Positions 27,340-37,458 of a DNA stretch of 64,000 nucleotides are shown here, one piece after another. Origin of the DNA: Candidatus Cloacimonadota bacterium (GTDB lineage Bacteria; Cloacimonadota; Cloacimonadia; JGIOTU-2); NCBI GenBank assembly GCA_030613025.1, contig JAUWMT010000003.1:14752-78751 (forward strand). The letters are read 5' to 3'. Below the pieces are notes generated by a model that saw nothing but the letters and a program-made list of their open reading frames with translations, did no database searches and had not been told where the DNA came from. The position numbers and the translations under genes are program-made. Positions within the stretch are counted from its first letter, which is position 1. The number at the start of each line of letters is the position of its first letter.

Positions 27340-30258
27340 CTATTTCAAGATCGCTCCGCTCATTGCCTGAAGAGTGATCTCTACTTCACCTTTGTTGATC
27401 TGATAAGATATATCATTCAAAAGATTTATTACTGATTTCTGACCTTCATTGAAGGGAATCTTCACTGTATGAGCTTGTGTGTCATTATTGATCACGACTG
27501 TGATAGCACACTCATCATCACTTCTCTTATAAGCATAGACCATACCGTTAGTGAGCACTGTATGGAAATCACCGGTTCGAAGGCAGGAGAATTTTTTCCT
27601 GATTTGAATAAGCTTTTTATACCAGTCGCGCAAAGCAACCTTTTCTTTGTCTTTAGTATATTTCCAGTTCATTGGACGACGGCAGTCAGGATCATGTGCT
27701 CCCATCATACCGATCTCGTCGCCATACCAGATATGAGGAGCACCGACATAGGTCATCGAGAACAGCATTGTGATTTTAAGTTTGTCAGTATCCCCTTTGA
27801 TGGATTCAAGATATCGGAAGGTATCATGACTGTCTATGAGGTTCATCATACATTGCACTGCTTGAGTAGGATAGGCAAGCAATCCCTGTTTGATGTCTCT
27901 GTCAAAGGTCTTTGCACTGCAGCTTCTCATTGCAAAGAAACGCATCACAGGATCTTTAAAGAATGCATAGTTCATGACCGCATCAAAATAATGACTATTT
28001 ACCCAATCGGTTGCATTGCCCCAGATCTCACCAACGAGATAGGCATCCGGTTTGATAGACTTCACCTTATCTCGGAAAAGCTCCCAGAACCAAAAAGGTA
28101 CTTCATTAGGCACATCAAGACGGAAGCCGTCGCAATCCATATCCTTGATCCAATATTCTGCTACATCGAGAACATAATTCACCACATCCCAGTTAGGGTC
28201 TGCATCATTGATATTCTTTATACTGTTCTCAGCAGGATTGGGCAGTGTGAGATCCCAGTTAAGGTCAGGCATTTCACCCACTCCCCACCAGCATTCATAA
28301 TAATCTGATGGATTATATTTTGCTGGGATCGGATCCGGCAGAGGCCATTTCTTTATCTCATACCAGTGCCAGTACGGTGAATCCGGTCCTTTCTCCAGCG
28401 CATCTTGAAATGCCCAGAAAGTCTCACCTGTATGATTAAAAGCACAGTCAATAATAATATGAATCCCGTGTTCGTGAGCTACCTTTACAAATTCTTTGAA
28501 TTCCTCGGCTGTACCAAAATGCGGATCGAGTTTCATATAATCAACTGCGTCATATTTATGATTGGATTTCGCTTCAAAAAGCGGGTTGAAATAAATCACA
28601 GTAATTCCAAGATCTTCCAGATAATTGAGTTTTTGACGAATACCGTTAATGTCGCCGCCATAGAAAGACCACCAGTCCGGTTTGCCGTCATGCCTGTATG
28701 GATTGCTCTTCAAGCTTGAGATATCATACCAGTCTTCGACCAGATGAAAATACTGTTTGTTTGAGGGTAATTTCTTTCCCGGCGCAGGTGGCTGGTTAAC
28801 ACCTTCATAATACCATTCTGTAAAATCCTGATCATTTGATTTGTCGCCATTATAAAATCTGTCACAGAATATCTGGTAAATAATGCCGTTCTTTACCCAC
28901 TCCGGCGTGAAGAAGGGTTCGACTGATTCCTTTGAATAATGGAAAACCATATCTTCATCAAAGTTCTCTGTCAGTGCGCCATTAAGAAGGTAATATTCCT
29001 TTCCACCATCAATATATATGAAATAATAATCAAATTCATCTTCAGGTGAATTTAGTTCTATTATTTTATGATAATAATCAAATGTATCGTCTGCATCCAC
29101 AAAATCCAATTCGATCTTCTCTCCATCCTTCCAGAGATAGATATTTTCGAGGTCATTTCTGTGGGCACGAGCTTTGAATTCTATTTTTGTATCGGATATT
29201 GGATTAATCGTTTCCAGCGATTGGCTGGTTGGAATTCCATAAGTCATGATGTTTCCATCACTCATTTCAATCTGGACTTTGGAGAAGCGATTGTCCACAT
29301 CGAGCACGGAATTCTGTCCGCCAAAGCCGTCATCAGCAAAACGGGATGCGCTCATATCTGTGACCCAGTCCATACCGTTCACCACAAATTTGTACTGATA
29401 TTCTCCGCCTTTGAGAAGAAGCGTTGTGCTGAAAAGTCCGTCTTCTGCTTCGTCCATTTTATTGGCTTTTGCATTCCATCCATTAAAGGAACCCGCAAGA
29501 TATACTTCGGTGACGGCTTCCTTATCGGGTCTAAAAGAAAATTCGACTTTATAAAGAGCTTCGACATCCTCTTTGTTACCCACGAACACAATGGAATTCT
29601 GCCCACCAAGTCCGTCGCCGACAAACTCAGTTGCGTTCTCATCAGTAACCCAGTTGCCATCCACAACGAATTTATAGGCATATTTTCCTTTGGGAAGCTG
29701 AACTGTGGTTTTGTATATTCCGTTATCTTCTTCAAGTTTTATGTCTTTATCTGACCAATTATTGAATTCACCTGCCAGATATACTACATGTTTACCACTG
29801 GTGAGTGGTTGATATTCAAAGGTAACAGGGAAGACTCCGCTTTGGGGTTTCGTTTCTTCTTGAATATAGGTTGTCATTGATTCTTCTCCAATAGTTATTA
29901 CTGAGTTTTGTCCACCAAATCCGTCATCAGCAGTAGTTGTATTATTGGGATCGGGTTTCCATTCCGAACCGTTTATCACAAATTTGTATTGATAGGTTCC
30001 GGGTGCAAGATCGAGGGTGACCACCCAGATATCATCCTGTTTTACCATAGGATCAGCTTTTGGATCCCAGCTATTGAAATCGCCTGCAATATAAACATTG
30101 GCTGCGTCAGGTGCTTCATACGAGAAGATTGTTCCGCCTTCTGGTTGGGTTGTTGTGGCTGTTTGAGGTGGTTTGCCCTCAAAAGAGCCAAAGCCCAGAG
30201 TTCCGCATCCTGCAAGAAGCAGTGGAATGATCAGGAGTAAAAAAGAAATACGTTTCAT
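27340..30258 (-). CDS. Lipoprotein GH13 (neopullulanase/cyclomaltodextrinase-like) with three CBM48-like domains
   Basis: Lipobox LLAGC; three AG.FN.W..Y.YKFV..DG.GGQNS repeats; DCAFNH, GFRLDVP, GEIW, LIDSHD. Confidence 0.9.
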   Translation of the reverse strand: MKRISFLLLIIPLLLAGCGTLGFGSFEGKPPQTATTTQPEGGTIFSYEAPDAANVYIAGDFNSWDPKADPMVKQDDIWVVTLDLAPGTYQYKFVINGSEWKPDPNNTTTADDGFGGQNSVITIGEESMTTYIQEETKPQSGVFPVTFEYQPLTSGKHVVYLAGEFNNWSDKDIKLEEDNGIYKTTVQLPKGKYAYKFVVDGNWVTDENATEFVGDGLGGQNSIVFVGNKEDVEALYKVEFSFRPDKEAVTEVYLAGSFNGWNAKANKMDEAEDGLFSTTLLLKGGEYQYKFVVNGMDWVTDMSASRFADDGFGGQNSVLDVDNRFSKVQIEMSDGNIMTYGIPTSQSLETINPISDTKIEFKARAHRNDLENIYLWKDGEKIELDFVDADDTFDYYHKIIELNSPEDEFDYYFIYIDGGKEYYLLNGALTENFDEDMVFHYSKESVEPFFTPEWVKNGIIYQIFCDRFYNGDKSNDQDFTEWYYEGVNQPPAPGKKLPSNKQYFHLVEDWYDISSLKSNPYRHDGKPDWWSFYGGDINGIRQKLNYLEDLGITVIYFNPLFEAKSNHKYDAVDYMKLDPHFGTAEEFKEFVKVAHEHGIHIIIDCAFNHTGETFWAFQDALEKGPDSPYWHWYEIKKWPLPDPIPAKYNPSDYYECWWGVGEMPDLNWDLTLPNPAENSIKNINDADPNWDVVNYVLDVAEYWIKDMDCDGFRLDVPNEVPFWFWELFRDKVKSIKPDAYLVGEIWGNATDWVNSHYFDAVMNYAFFKDPVMRFFAMRSCSAKTFDRDIKQGLLAYPTQAVQCMMNLIDSHDTFRYLESIKGDTDKLKITMLFSMTYVGAPHIWYGDEIGMMGAHDPDCRRPMNWKYTKDKEKVALRDWYKKLIQIRKKFSCLRTGDFHTVLTNGMVYAYKRSDDECAITVVINNDTQAHTVKIPFNEGQKSVINLLNDISYQINKGEVEITLQAMSGAILK

Positions 30259-30282
30259 GTATTTACCTCCATTTATATTTTG

Positions 30283-31245
30283 CTAATATTGTCTACTGAA
30301 GACTGTCATAAAGGTCATGGGGTTATCCTGCTGGGGGATCGTGTCGTCAGCAATATATTGGTCACCACCACCACCGATAATAGCTATCAATGCAATCTTT
30401 GAGCCGATTGGCACTTCACCATTTTCATAAATTTCAGCAAAAGGAATTGCCATTTCAATGACCGAAGTATTTACCACAATATTCGCATTAAAAATATGTT
30501 GATCGACAGCGTAAGGATCTTCCAGACTCACCACAGCAATTTCATAATTCAATGACCATCCTGAGTATGCAAGATCTGCTCCAAAGTTTTCTGGCGCTGT
30601 CACTGTTTTACGGAGATGGTCACCATACCCACCACCTGTAATAGTTGAGAAATCATTGATGCCGGTTCCGTCACCGTAATCCTTATCAATATATATATTC
30701 ACTGCGTTCCCACCAGCATCAAAACCACCATCAACAGCGATATACAAGCTGTCGTCACTTCGAGCAAGATAGAGATTTTCAAAGTTGTTCGAAGGTCCCC
30801 AATTGGAAATGTGTGTGTTTTCATACACAGAATTCCAACTCGGATCGATCGTGCCGTCTATGGTAATGACTTTCACTACAATCGTTTTTATCACGACGAG
30901 TTCGACAGTATCGATCGTGGTCGTTGAAAAGGCATTGACCTGAATATCGCTGACTGTGAAATCATCATAATTAGGTGCTGACACATTAAGCTGATAGGTG
31001 CCTTCAGAAAGATTGCCTATCTCGAAGAAACCGGTAGTATCTGTTGTTGATTCTCCCATTAGTGTAGAAACACCAATTTTATATGCTCGAACAGTTGCGA
31101 TTATCGTATCGGGGGTTGCTTCTTCGAATTGAATAATTCCCTGAATTATTGCGTTATAGCTGAAAGGTGAACCAGTCGGTGTTTTCTCGCATCCAATATA
31201 GAACAGTATTGCGAATATTGAAAGTATCAAAATTATCTTTTTCAT
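30283..31245 (-). CDS. Lipoprotein: carboxypeptidase-regulatory-like Ig domain plus DOMON/CBM9-like domain
   Basis: Lipobox YIGC; TTDTTGFFEI.NL.EGTY; TIDG..LYIAVDG..EMAIPF. Confidence 0.7.
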   Translation of the reverse strand: MKKIILILSIFAILFYIGCEKTPTGSPFSYNAIIQGIIQFEEATPDTIIATVRAYKIGVSTLMGESTTDTTGFFEIGNLSEGTYQLNVSAPNYDDFTVSDIQVNAFSTTTIDTVELVVIKTIVVKVITIDGTIDPSWNSVYENTHISNWGPSNNFENLYLARSDDSLYIAVDGGFDAGGNAVNIYIDKDYGDGTGINDFSTITGGGYGDHLRKTVTAPENFGADLAYSGWSLNYEIAVVSLEDPYAVDQHIFNANIVVNTSVIEMAIPFAEIYENGEVPIGSKIALIAIIGGGGDQYIADDTIPQQDNPMTFMTVFSRQY

Positions 31246-31259
31246 AAGTTACCTCAAAA

Positions 31260-31685
31260 TTAATTTATAATAAGGACAGAATTGCTTCCACCGAAACCGT
31301 CATCGATCATTTCGAAGGCATTGGGATCTTTCACCCAAGTATTTCTGTCTAAGACATATTTATATTCATATCTTCCGGGAGAGAGCTGCTTTATGACAGA
31401 CCAAATTCCGTCTTCGGCAACTCTGTCGCCGTGGGTTCCGTCATCATACATCTTATCAATATTTTCATTGAAAGTTCCTGATGCAGTTGCAGTTCCGCTC
31501 CACATGTTATCAGGAAAATTTCCGGAAAGGGTCACAATTCGTGCAGAAGGGGCTTCAAGTTGGAATAGAACTCCTTCACCGGGAATTCGATGTGGAGCAG
31601 GCAGCCGTTTCTTGATAAAGTTCAATGAACAGGCGGATACAAGGATGAACGAAAGCAGTATTATGATCAAAATTATTTTTTTCAT
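31260..31685 (-). CDS. Small CBM48-like (glycogen-binding) lipoprotein
   Basis: Lipobox LVSAC; APSA..VTLSGNF; DDGTHGD.VAEDGIW insert; PGRYEYKYV..DP..DDGFGG.NS. Confidence 0.75.
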   Translation of the reverse strand: MKKIILIIILLSFILVSACSLNFIKKRLPAPHRIPGEGVLFQLEAPSARIVTLSGNFPDNMWSGTATASGTFNENIDKMYDDGTHGDRVAEDGIWSVIKQLSPGRYEYKYVLDRNTWVKDPNAFEMIDDGFGGSNSVLIIN

Positions 31686-31698
31686 ATTTTGTCGATCC

Positions 31699-33642
31699 TT
31701 AAAATCTCAGCACAGCTTCGATGCCGATACGCTGTTCTTCTGTGAGCGCTTTCTCGGCTTCACGTATCTTTTCACCGAGTCCTGTGTAACTGTTCTCGAG
31801 ATAATTATTGAAATTAGCGATATCATTCATAAATTCAAATCTGCCGATCGGCATAAATTCATCGGTGACATTGCTGAGGGCAATCGGGTTCACGCCCCAG
31901 TATAATGAAATATCAATATTTTTCCTCAGGTGATAAGTTAAGCTGGTAAAGTTGCACCAGAAAACATCCTGCCATTGGCTGAAGTCTGTTTTAACTTGCA
32001 GGAAGGGATCATTGTAGATCGGCACACGGAGATCAGAATATAGTGTCCATTGTGGTGAAATATCCCATTGGAGGGAAGCAATATTTTCAATCAATTTTGG
32101 CTCATATTTAATATCCTGCTGTGCGATCTTGCCCTCGTATCCCACATGGAATTTCTGACGAAATAGCTCGAAATTATAGCCCAGTAGAATATCCCAATAC
32201 ATAGCTGTTTCGTAACCCATGAGAGTGTATTGCGCATATGGCACATTCGTATATTTCTGGAACCAGCGTCCATTTCCGTCCGTCTTCTCCATATACACAT
32301 AATAATCATTCCAGCTTACAAGACTATCAGGAAAATCGGTTTTCCATGAGCTTGCAGCAACCTTCGCATAAATTTTCTCTGTAGAGAATTCTCCACCGAG
32401 TGTAATACGGTTCTTAACTATATCTCTTGCAAACTCAAGTTTATTTCTCTGATAATGAGCAAAGATTTTCATTGCTGCAGGAAATTTCACTTCCAGTCCC
32501 GCAAATATTCTATCACCTTTTGCAAAAGTAGTTTTCAGAGAATCCATATTCTCATTATCACTATCCTTAAAATGATAATATTCACCGGAGAAGATGAGTT
32601 GCATCGGTCCCTGCCAGCCGGGCTGGTTCATGGAATAGACAACCTGCATATCAAATTCCGAACTTGTATGCTCTTTTGAGGAAGTTGAAGTTTGCGGAAG
32701 TTGTGCATGATATTCACCAAATCCGAATCTCAAGGAAGTAGTTTCTGGAATAATATCAAAGAGAACTTTTCCTCTGTAGGCATTGATGTCTGTATCATCG
32801 TCACCGACATTATCTGCAAATACTGCTTCTGCCTGGAATTGTATAGGGATCGCTGTCATTGGAATGGACAACATCGGCAGGTTTGACCATCCATACACAC
32901 CCATGACATCATATCCGAAATTGTAGTTATTACAGCCGATATTTCCAACAAGATGCAGGGGGTCATCAAAGGTAAGGAAGCCGTATTTATCGAATGCCTG
33001 CACCAGAAAATATGGTGTATCAAGCTTGAGGTAGCTTCGCTTGAAATTGAGGTGGGTCTTCCACATATCAACACCTTCAGCAATGTTGTTGATATTCAAT
33101 ACTGTATAGCCCTCAACCTGTGAGTTGAACTTGATCTTCACGCCAAGGTTGATATCATGCAGGGGCTTATCGAGCATCAATTTGTCGTTGTAATCCTTTT
33201 TCTCAAACAGGTTCTTTGAGTATAAACGCCCATCAAAAAGAACTTTAGGATTGAGCAGTGTTCTTATTCCTTGCTGCTGCACAGGTTCCTTCCCTGCAAC
33301 GAGCCCACCTGTTGCATTGACTTCCACTAAAGAGTTCATTCCGCCAAAACCGTCATCCTTCTGCTTGGGATTATCCGGGTCTGCATACCAGTTGTCATCC
33401 ACAACGAATTTGTACATATATGCACCTGAAGAAAGTGGGACAACAATTCTCCAAACTCCGTCATTACCGAGTTTCATTACATGAGCTGATGTGTTCCAGT
33501 CATTGAATTCGCCAGCTACGCTGACCATACCTGCATTCGGTGCTTCATAAAAGAATTCCACACCTTTTTGGGTTGTTGAGACACCTGCAGATGCCATGCT
33601 GACCCAACAAAATATCAATATGAAAAGTATTACTTTTCTCAC
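31699..33642 (-). CDS. CBM48 domain fused to a putative outer-membrane beta-barrel
   Basis: Signal peptide; AGEFNDW..YMYKFVVD..DDGFGGMNS; about 520 aa of amphipathic beta pattern ending IGIEAVLRF. Confidence 0.65.
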   Translation of the reverse strand: MRKVILFILIFCWVSMASAGVSTTQKGVEFFYEAPNAGMVSVAGEFNDWNTSAHVMKLGNDGVWRIVVPLSSGAYMYKFVVDDNWYADPDNPKQKDDGFGGMNSLVEVNATGGLVAGKEPVQQQGIRTLLNPKVLFDGRLYSKNLFEKKDYNDKLMLDKPLHDINLGVKIKFNSQVEGYTVLNINNIAEGVDMWKTHLNFKRSYLKLDTPYFLVQAFDKYGFLTFDDPLHLVGNIGCNNYNFGYDVMGVYGWSNLPMLSIPMTAIPIQFQAEAVFADNVGDDDTDINAYRGKVLFDIIPETTSLRFGFGEYHAQLPQTSTSSKEHTSSEFDMQVVYSMNQPGWQGPMQLIFSGEYYHFKDSDNENMDSLKTTFAKGDRIFAGLEVKFPAAMKIFAHYQRNKLEFARDIVKNRITLGGEFSTEKIYAKVAASSWKTDFPDSLVSWNDYYVYMEKTDGNGRWFQKYTNVPYAQYTLMGYETAMYWDILLGYNFELFRQKFHVGYEGKIAQQDIKYEPKLIENIASLQWDISPQWTLYSDLRVPIYNDPFLQVKTDFSQWQDVFWCNFTSLTYHLRKNIDISLYWGVNPIALSNVTDEFMPIGRFEFMNDIANFNNYLENSYTGLGEKIREAEKALTEEQRIGIEAVLRF

Positions 33643-33661
33643 TATTACTCCTTATATCCTG

Positions 33662-35191
33662 TTAAAACCATGCTTTGAAAACGACTCTAATTTCATCCTG
33701 CATTCTGCCGCCGGACACAAAGCTGTCGTCATTTACAAGTCCATACCCGCCATACCAGCTTGGACCGTATTGAAGATACAGTTCGGAATTACCGCCAATC
33801 CTGTATTGAAGCTCCCCGAAGAAACTCATTCGGGAGCCAACTCTATCATTCACGACAAGTCCACGGGCAAAGGCACGCCAGCGGTCAGAGAGATTCACTG
33901 CACATTCGATTCCGGCGATCTGTTTTTCCCAGGTTTCACCAATATCTTTTATTTTGAACTGCGTAAGTAATTTTGCCAAGCGGTTTTCTACTGAAAGCTC
34001 AACAAAGAAATCATTATGTTTATATTCTTTACCATGCCAGACTTCATCTTTTTTATTATAATAAATTTTTCCCTTGAAGCCGTTCACGAATTCGATATAT
34101 GCTTCTGTATATAGATTTGTGACCGGATCGAGACTGACACCTGTGGAGTACACTTCACCTTCTAATTTCTTGCGCTGCCAGTAGTTCAGGGTGAACGTTA
34201 TAGCTCTTTGGGGAACAAAATAATAGGAATTCACCCAAATGCCATATTCATCTGATTTATTCTCACCCATGTAATTTCTGTAGCATTTCCCATAAGTCCA
34301 GACTCCCGGATTGATGAACCAGTAGCCAATATTTGGAGTGCCGATTCGAAACCCGCGAAATTCCATTTTTGCAGCAACATTTCCTTTGAAGAACTCACGC
34401 AAACCGCTGATGTAATCTCCATCCTTAAAATATTCGTTGCTCTGATCTCTGTAATATTTCAGAGTATCTTTTATTTCCTGCTCAGATGGAACACTGGAAA
34501 ATGCCATCTCAAAATTGATCTGATAATTGCCGATCTCGGCATGCTCGTCAAAGGCAAAAACTTCATTATAGGAATCCTTATCCCCAATTCCATAGTTCTT
34601 ACGTTGATAGAACATCCCGGTCCTGAACTTATTCTTGAATAAATTCTGTCGTAGTCTCACGAGATGGATGTCATCACTATCACCCTGAGAGAAATCTGAA
34701 AAGACATAAGTAGCGCTTCCGCCCAAGGGCTCCCACAGGTCAAAACGCACTCCCTGCCCGTTGCCATCATTATTGACCGAGCCAGTATTGAGCACGTTCA
34801 GCAGAGAGCCATCTGTCCAGTAATGATTATTTTCCCGGGAAAAAAGCACAGCATTGAATCCCCTGCCGTTAACTTCCTGCCTGTAGGAAAGATGGGCTTC
34901 TGCGAGAATCGCTTCAGCATGGTCGGTCATCTGCCCATGCTCGTTCCACTTATCGCCGTAAAATTTCACGTATGCTTCAGAATTTGCTATCGGATTTGCA
35001 TATAATCTGAATTCCACTCTAAAATCAGGATCCCACACATTCCAATGAAAGCTGTCGGATTCATATTTCGTTCCGAAAACGCTCTCAAGATACCCTTCCA
35101 AACGAATTTGGGCATGAATAGAGAATGAGCAGATTACAAGAAAAATCACAACAAATAATATACTTTTTTTCACGTTAGAATACATGTACAT
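33662..35191 (-). CDS. Putative outer-membrane beta-barrel of unknown family
   Basis: Signal peptide ..SIHA; alternating aromatic beta-strands; C-terminal RVVFKAWF beta-signal. Confidence 0.65.
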   Translation of the reverse strand: MYMYSNVKKSILFVVIFLVICSFSIHAQIRLEGYLESVFGTKYESDSFHWNVWDPDFRVEFRLYANPIANSEAYVKFYGDKWNEHGQMTDHAEAILAEAHLSYRQEVNGRGFNAVLFSRENNHYWTDGSLLNVLNTGSVNNDGNGQGVRFDLWEPLGGSATYVFSDFSQGDSDDIHLVRLRQNLFKNKFRTGMFYQRKNYGIGDKDSYNEVFAFDEHAEIGNYQINFEMAFSSVPSEQEIKDTLKYYRDQSNEYFKDGDYISGLREFFKGNVAAKMEFRGFRIGTPNIGYWFINPGVWTYGKCYRNYMGENKSDEYGIWVNSYYFVPQRAITFTLNYWQRKKLEGEVYSTGVSLDPVTNLYTEAYIEFVNGFKGKIYYNKKDEVWHGKEYKHNDFFVELSVENRLAKLLTQFKIKDIGETWEKQIAGIECAVNLSDRWRAFARGLVVNDRVGSRMSFFGELQYRIGGNSELYLQYGPSWYGGYGLVNDDSFVSGGRMQDEIRVVFKAWF

Positions 35192-35196
35192 TTATC

Positions 35197-36078
35197 CTAT
35201 TTGAATTGAATCCCAAAGGAAAGGCGGTAGGTACTACCAAGCTCCTCGTGTGAATACACCGCTCCATCGAGGGTCCAATTTTTCGCTTTTATGCCGAAGC
35301 CGATCGTTAAATAATCTCTGTTCAATCCCATTCTCGGAGCAAACACGTCAAAGAACCAGATCTCCCATCCAAAATGAAGACTGCTCTCGTCTTTATCCCA
35401 GTTATAGTCCAGCAGGAAATTTACTACATCCCGCCATTTATAATGAGCACCAAGAGCAAAGTTTTTTTTGATCTTCTCGCTTTCAGAAACCAGCGTTATA
35501 CTTCTTTCGATGAGATTTCGTGCAGTAAATCCAATTGAGAAATTCTTCAGGGGAGTAGCTATAATGCCCACATCGACATCGAATTTTCCCGGGAGTTTGA
35601 TACCAAGCACTTTGGTAGAGGGACTTTCAACATCATCATAACCCGGCACGCTGACATAGTAATTATCCAAGCTGATACCAAATCTGACAGGGATGTTCTT
35701 ATACCGGATAATGCTTGCTGCCGAGAGTGCTATCACCTGCTCAGAATATTCATCGAGAAGATTTATCTGAGTCCAGCCCATCCCAAGTCGTACTCTTTTC
35801 AAAGGAATGGACAGGGCTACCATCTCATTATACAGATCTCCGATACCATACAGATTCTGGTGAGATACCAGAACAGAGTAGCTGCTTATATAAGATAGAC
35901 CTGCAGGATTCCAGAACACTGCCGAGGGATCATCCGCAAGCCCCACGTATGCTTCGCCCAAAGCCATAGGACGAGCACCCCAGTTCATGCCGATGAAATT
36001 CGCCTGCAATGAAATTGGAATCAACAACAGAACAATAAAAAATAACCCGATACGTTTATTAATACATTTTTTCATCAT
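35197..36078 (-). CDS. PorV/PorP-like (FadL-related) outer-membrane protein
   Basis: GARPMALGEAYVGLADDPSAVFWNPAG N-terminal motif; HEELGSTYRLSFGIQF C-terminus. Confidence 0.8.
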   Translation of the reverse strand: MMKKCINKRIGLFFIVLLLIPISLQANFIGMNWGARPMALGEAYVGLADDPSAVFWNPAGLSYISSYSVLVSHQNLYGIGDLYNEMVALSIPLKRVRLGMGWTQINLLDEYSEQVIALSAASIIRYKNIPVRFGISLDNYYVSVPGYDDVESPSTKVLGIKLPGKFDVDVGIIATPLKNFSIGFTARNLIERSITLVSESEKIKKNFALGAHYKWRDVVNFLLDYNWDKDESSLHFGWEIWFFDVFAPRMGLNRDYLTIGFGIKAKNWTLDGAVYSHEELGSTYRLSFGIQFK

Positions 36079-37214
36079 TATTTAATTACCGAAATAGCTT
36101 CATTACGGCTGACCTCTTTTGAGTCCGAGACCACTCTCAGGATGTAAATGCCAAAGGGAACTTCATTCCCATTCTTATCTTTGCCGTCCCATTCCCAATC
36201 CTGATTTTCCGGATCGATCAGCTCAGCATTGCCAACAAATTCTCCACGCACATCATATATCTCGACATTGAAAGCGCTGATGCGGTTTAGTGTAAGCTGA
36301 AAAGTGAGTTTTTCACCTTTGCTTGACGCAAATACTTTCCCATCCGGGAATTTCACTGAAATAACATTAAGTGGAATCTCTTCAAAAGGAGGAGTTTTAT
36401 TAAAAGTAACCCTCTCTTTTGGACTTATACCAATATCAGGACTTCCGTCTCCAGTAGAATCAACACATATTTCTAGATAATTATCGAGCACTGAAGTTGA
36501 AATACCGTCACTTGGCATTCCTCCGAGATTATTAGGTATGACATCGGGACCGCCAAGATTATCCGAACCCGTGGTGATCACTGCGAGCATTTTCAAGTTT
36601 GGAAAATCCTTCATTGTGTGAAGCGAGTCATAATAGATCACTTCCCACGGAATAGCTGCTTCCATTGCTCTGCCAAGATTACCTGTGTTATATGTCGAGT
36701 AATCCTCAATCGAGACTTCATCTGCCTGTAATGACGAGCCCTCGCGCATTTTCCAGAACTGCGGATTATCATTTGTATCCCAGGTTGCAAGAAAAAAATC
36801 AGGATTGGTGCCGTAGAACTTAAACGCTCTCATCCATGTGTTCAGGTTTAGCATATCCTGAATGCCATAAGAAGGATACACATCAAGATAATAGATCACG
36901 TTATTATCCCAGCAGCAGGCATCGATAGCAACATACAGGTAGGTCAGATCCCAGGTCAGGTCGATCTGTTTGACGTCGTTATATTCACCCCACCAGGAAT
37001 CATCGTCCAGCTCCTGAGATTCGGAAAGGGGCTCCTTTATAAAGAGGCGTTCATCATCCATAAAATCATCACTGAATCCATCAATAATGATCCTGCCACT
37101 GAGGTCATCACCTGTGGTGGCATAAATAGAATTCAAAGAAAATGCAAACAATATAAGAAAGAAGAGACCCCGATGCAAAAATCGGGATCCCCTTTTAAAA
37201 TAGTTTTTCATCAT
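36078..37214 (-). CDS. Secreted DOMON/CBM9-like protein with FlgD-type CTD
   Basis: IIIDG..LTWD.TYLYVAID..EAAIPW; EIYDVRG..WDGKDKNG.EVP.GIY. Confidence 0.75.
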   Translation of the reverse strand: MMKNYFKRGSRFLHRGLFFLILFAFSLNSIYATTGDDLSGRIIIDGFSDDFMDDERLFIKEPLSESQELDDDSWWGEYNDVKQIDLTWDLTYLYVAIDACCWDNNVIYYLDVYPSYGIQDMLNLNTWMRAFKFYGTNPDFFLATWDTNDNPQFWKMREGSSLQADEVSIEDYSTYNTGNLGRAMEAAIPWEVIYYDSLHTMKDFPNLKMLAVITTGSDNLGGPDVIPNNLGGMPSDGISTSVLDNYLEICVDSTGDGSPDIGISPKERVTFNKTPPFEEIPLNVISVKFPDGKVFASSKGEKLTFQLTLNRISAFNVEIYDVRGEFVGNAELIDPENQDWEWDGKDKNGNEVPFGIYILRVVSDSKEVSRNEAISVIK

Positions 37215-37266
37215 AATGTGACTTCTATCGGTAGAAATAAGCTGCCCCGATGTATCGGGGTCAGCT

Positions 37267-37458
37267 TCATTGGATCGTTAGCGATGTTTTTAATAAACAT
37301 ATTTTCTTTATTAAAGGTCCTAATATACTATTATTAAAAATCCTTTCCATTTGAATTTTATTAGCTTTGTCGTCGGGGATACCTCTAAACTCTCGTTCAA
37401 GCTTTTTTTGAATATCCCATTTCATTTGTACACAATCAAATCGCTTATGTTTTTTCAT
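37267..37458 (-). CDS. Small putative antitoxin partner of the PIN protein
   Basis: 63 aa, ATGA overlap with the PIN gene; FDCVQMKWDIQ motif. Confidence 0.55.
   Translation of the reverse strand: MKKHKRFDCVQMKWDIQKKLEREFRGIPDDKANKIQMERIFNNSILGPLIKKICLLKTSLTIQ

Noticed and set aside
27469-29754. Long plus-strand ORFs (279 aa, 228 aa), and likewise 25719-26495 and 31282-31905
   Set aside because: They are antisense shadows of well-supported minus-strand genes.
31699-35191. Calling the barrels SusC/TBDR or LamB
   Set aside because: They are short for a plug-plus-22-strand TBDR, and I could not recognise TonB box, plug or LamB motifs; left unassigned.
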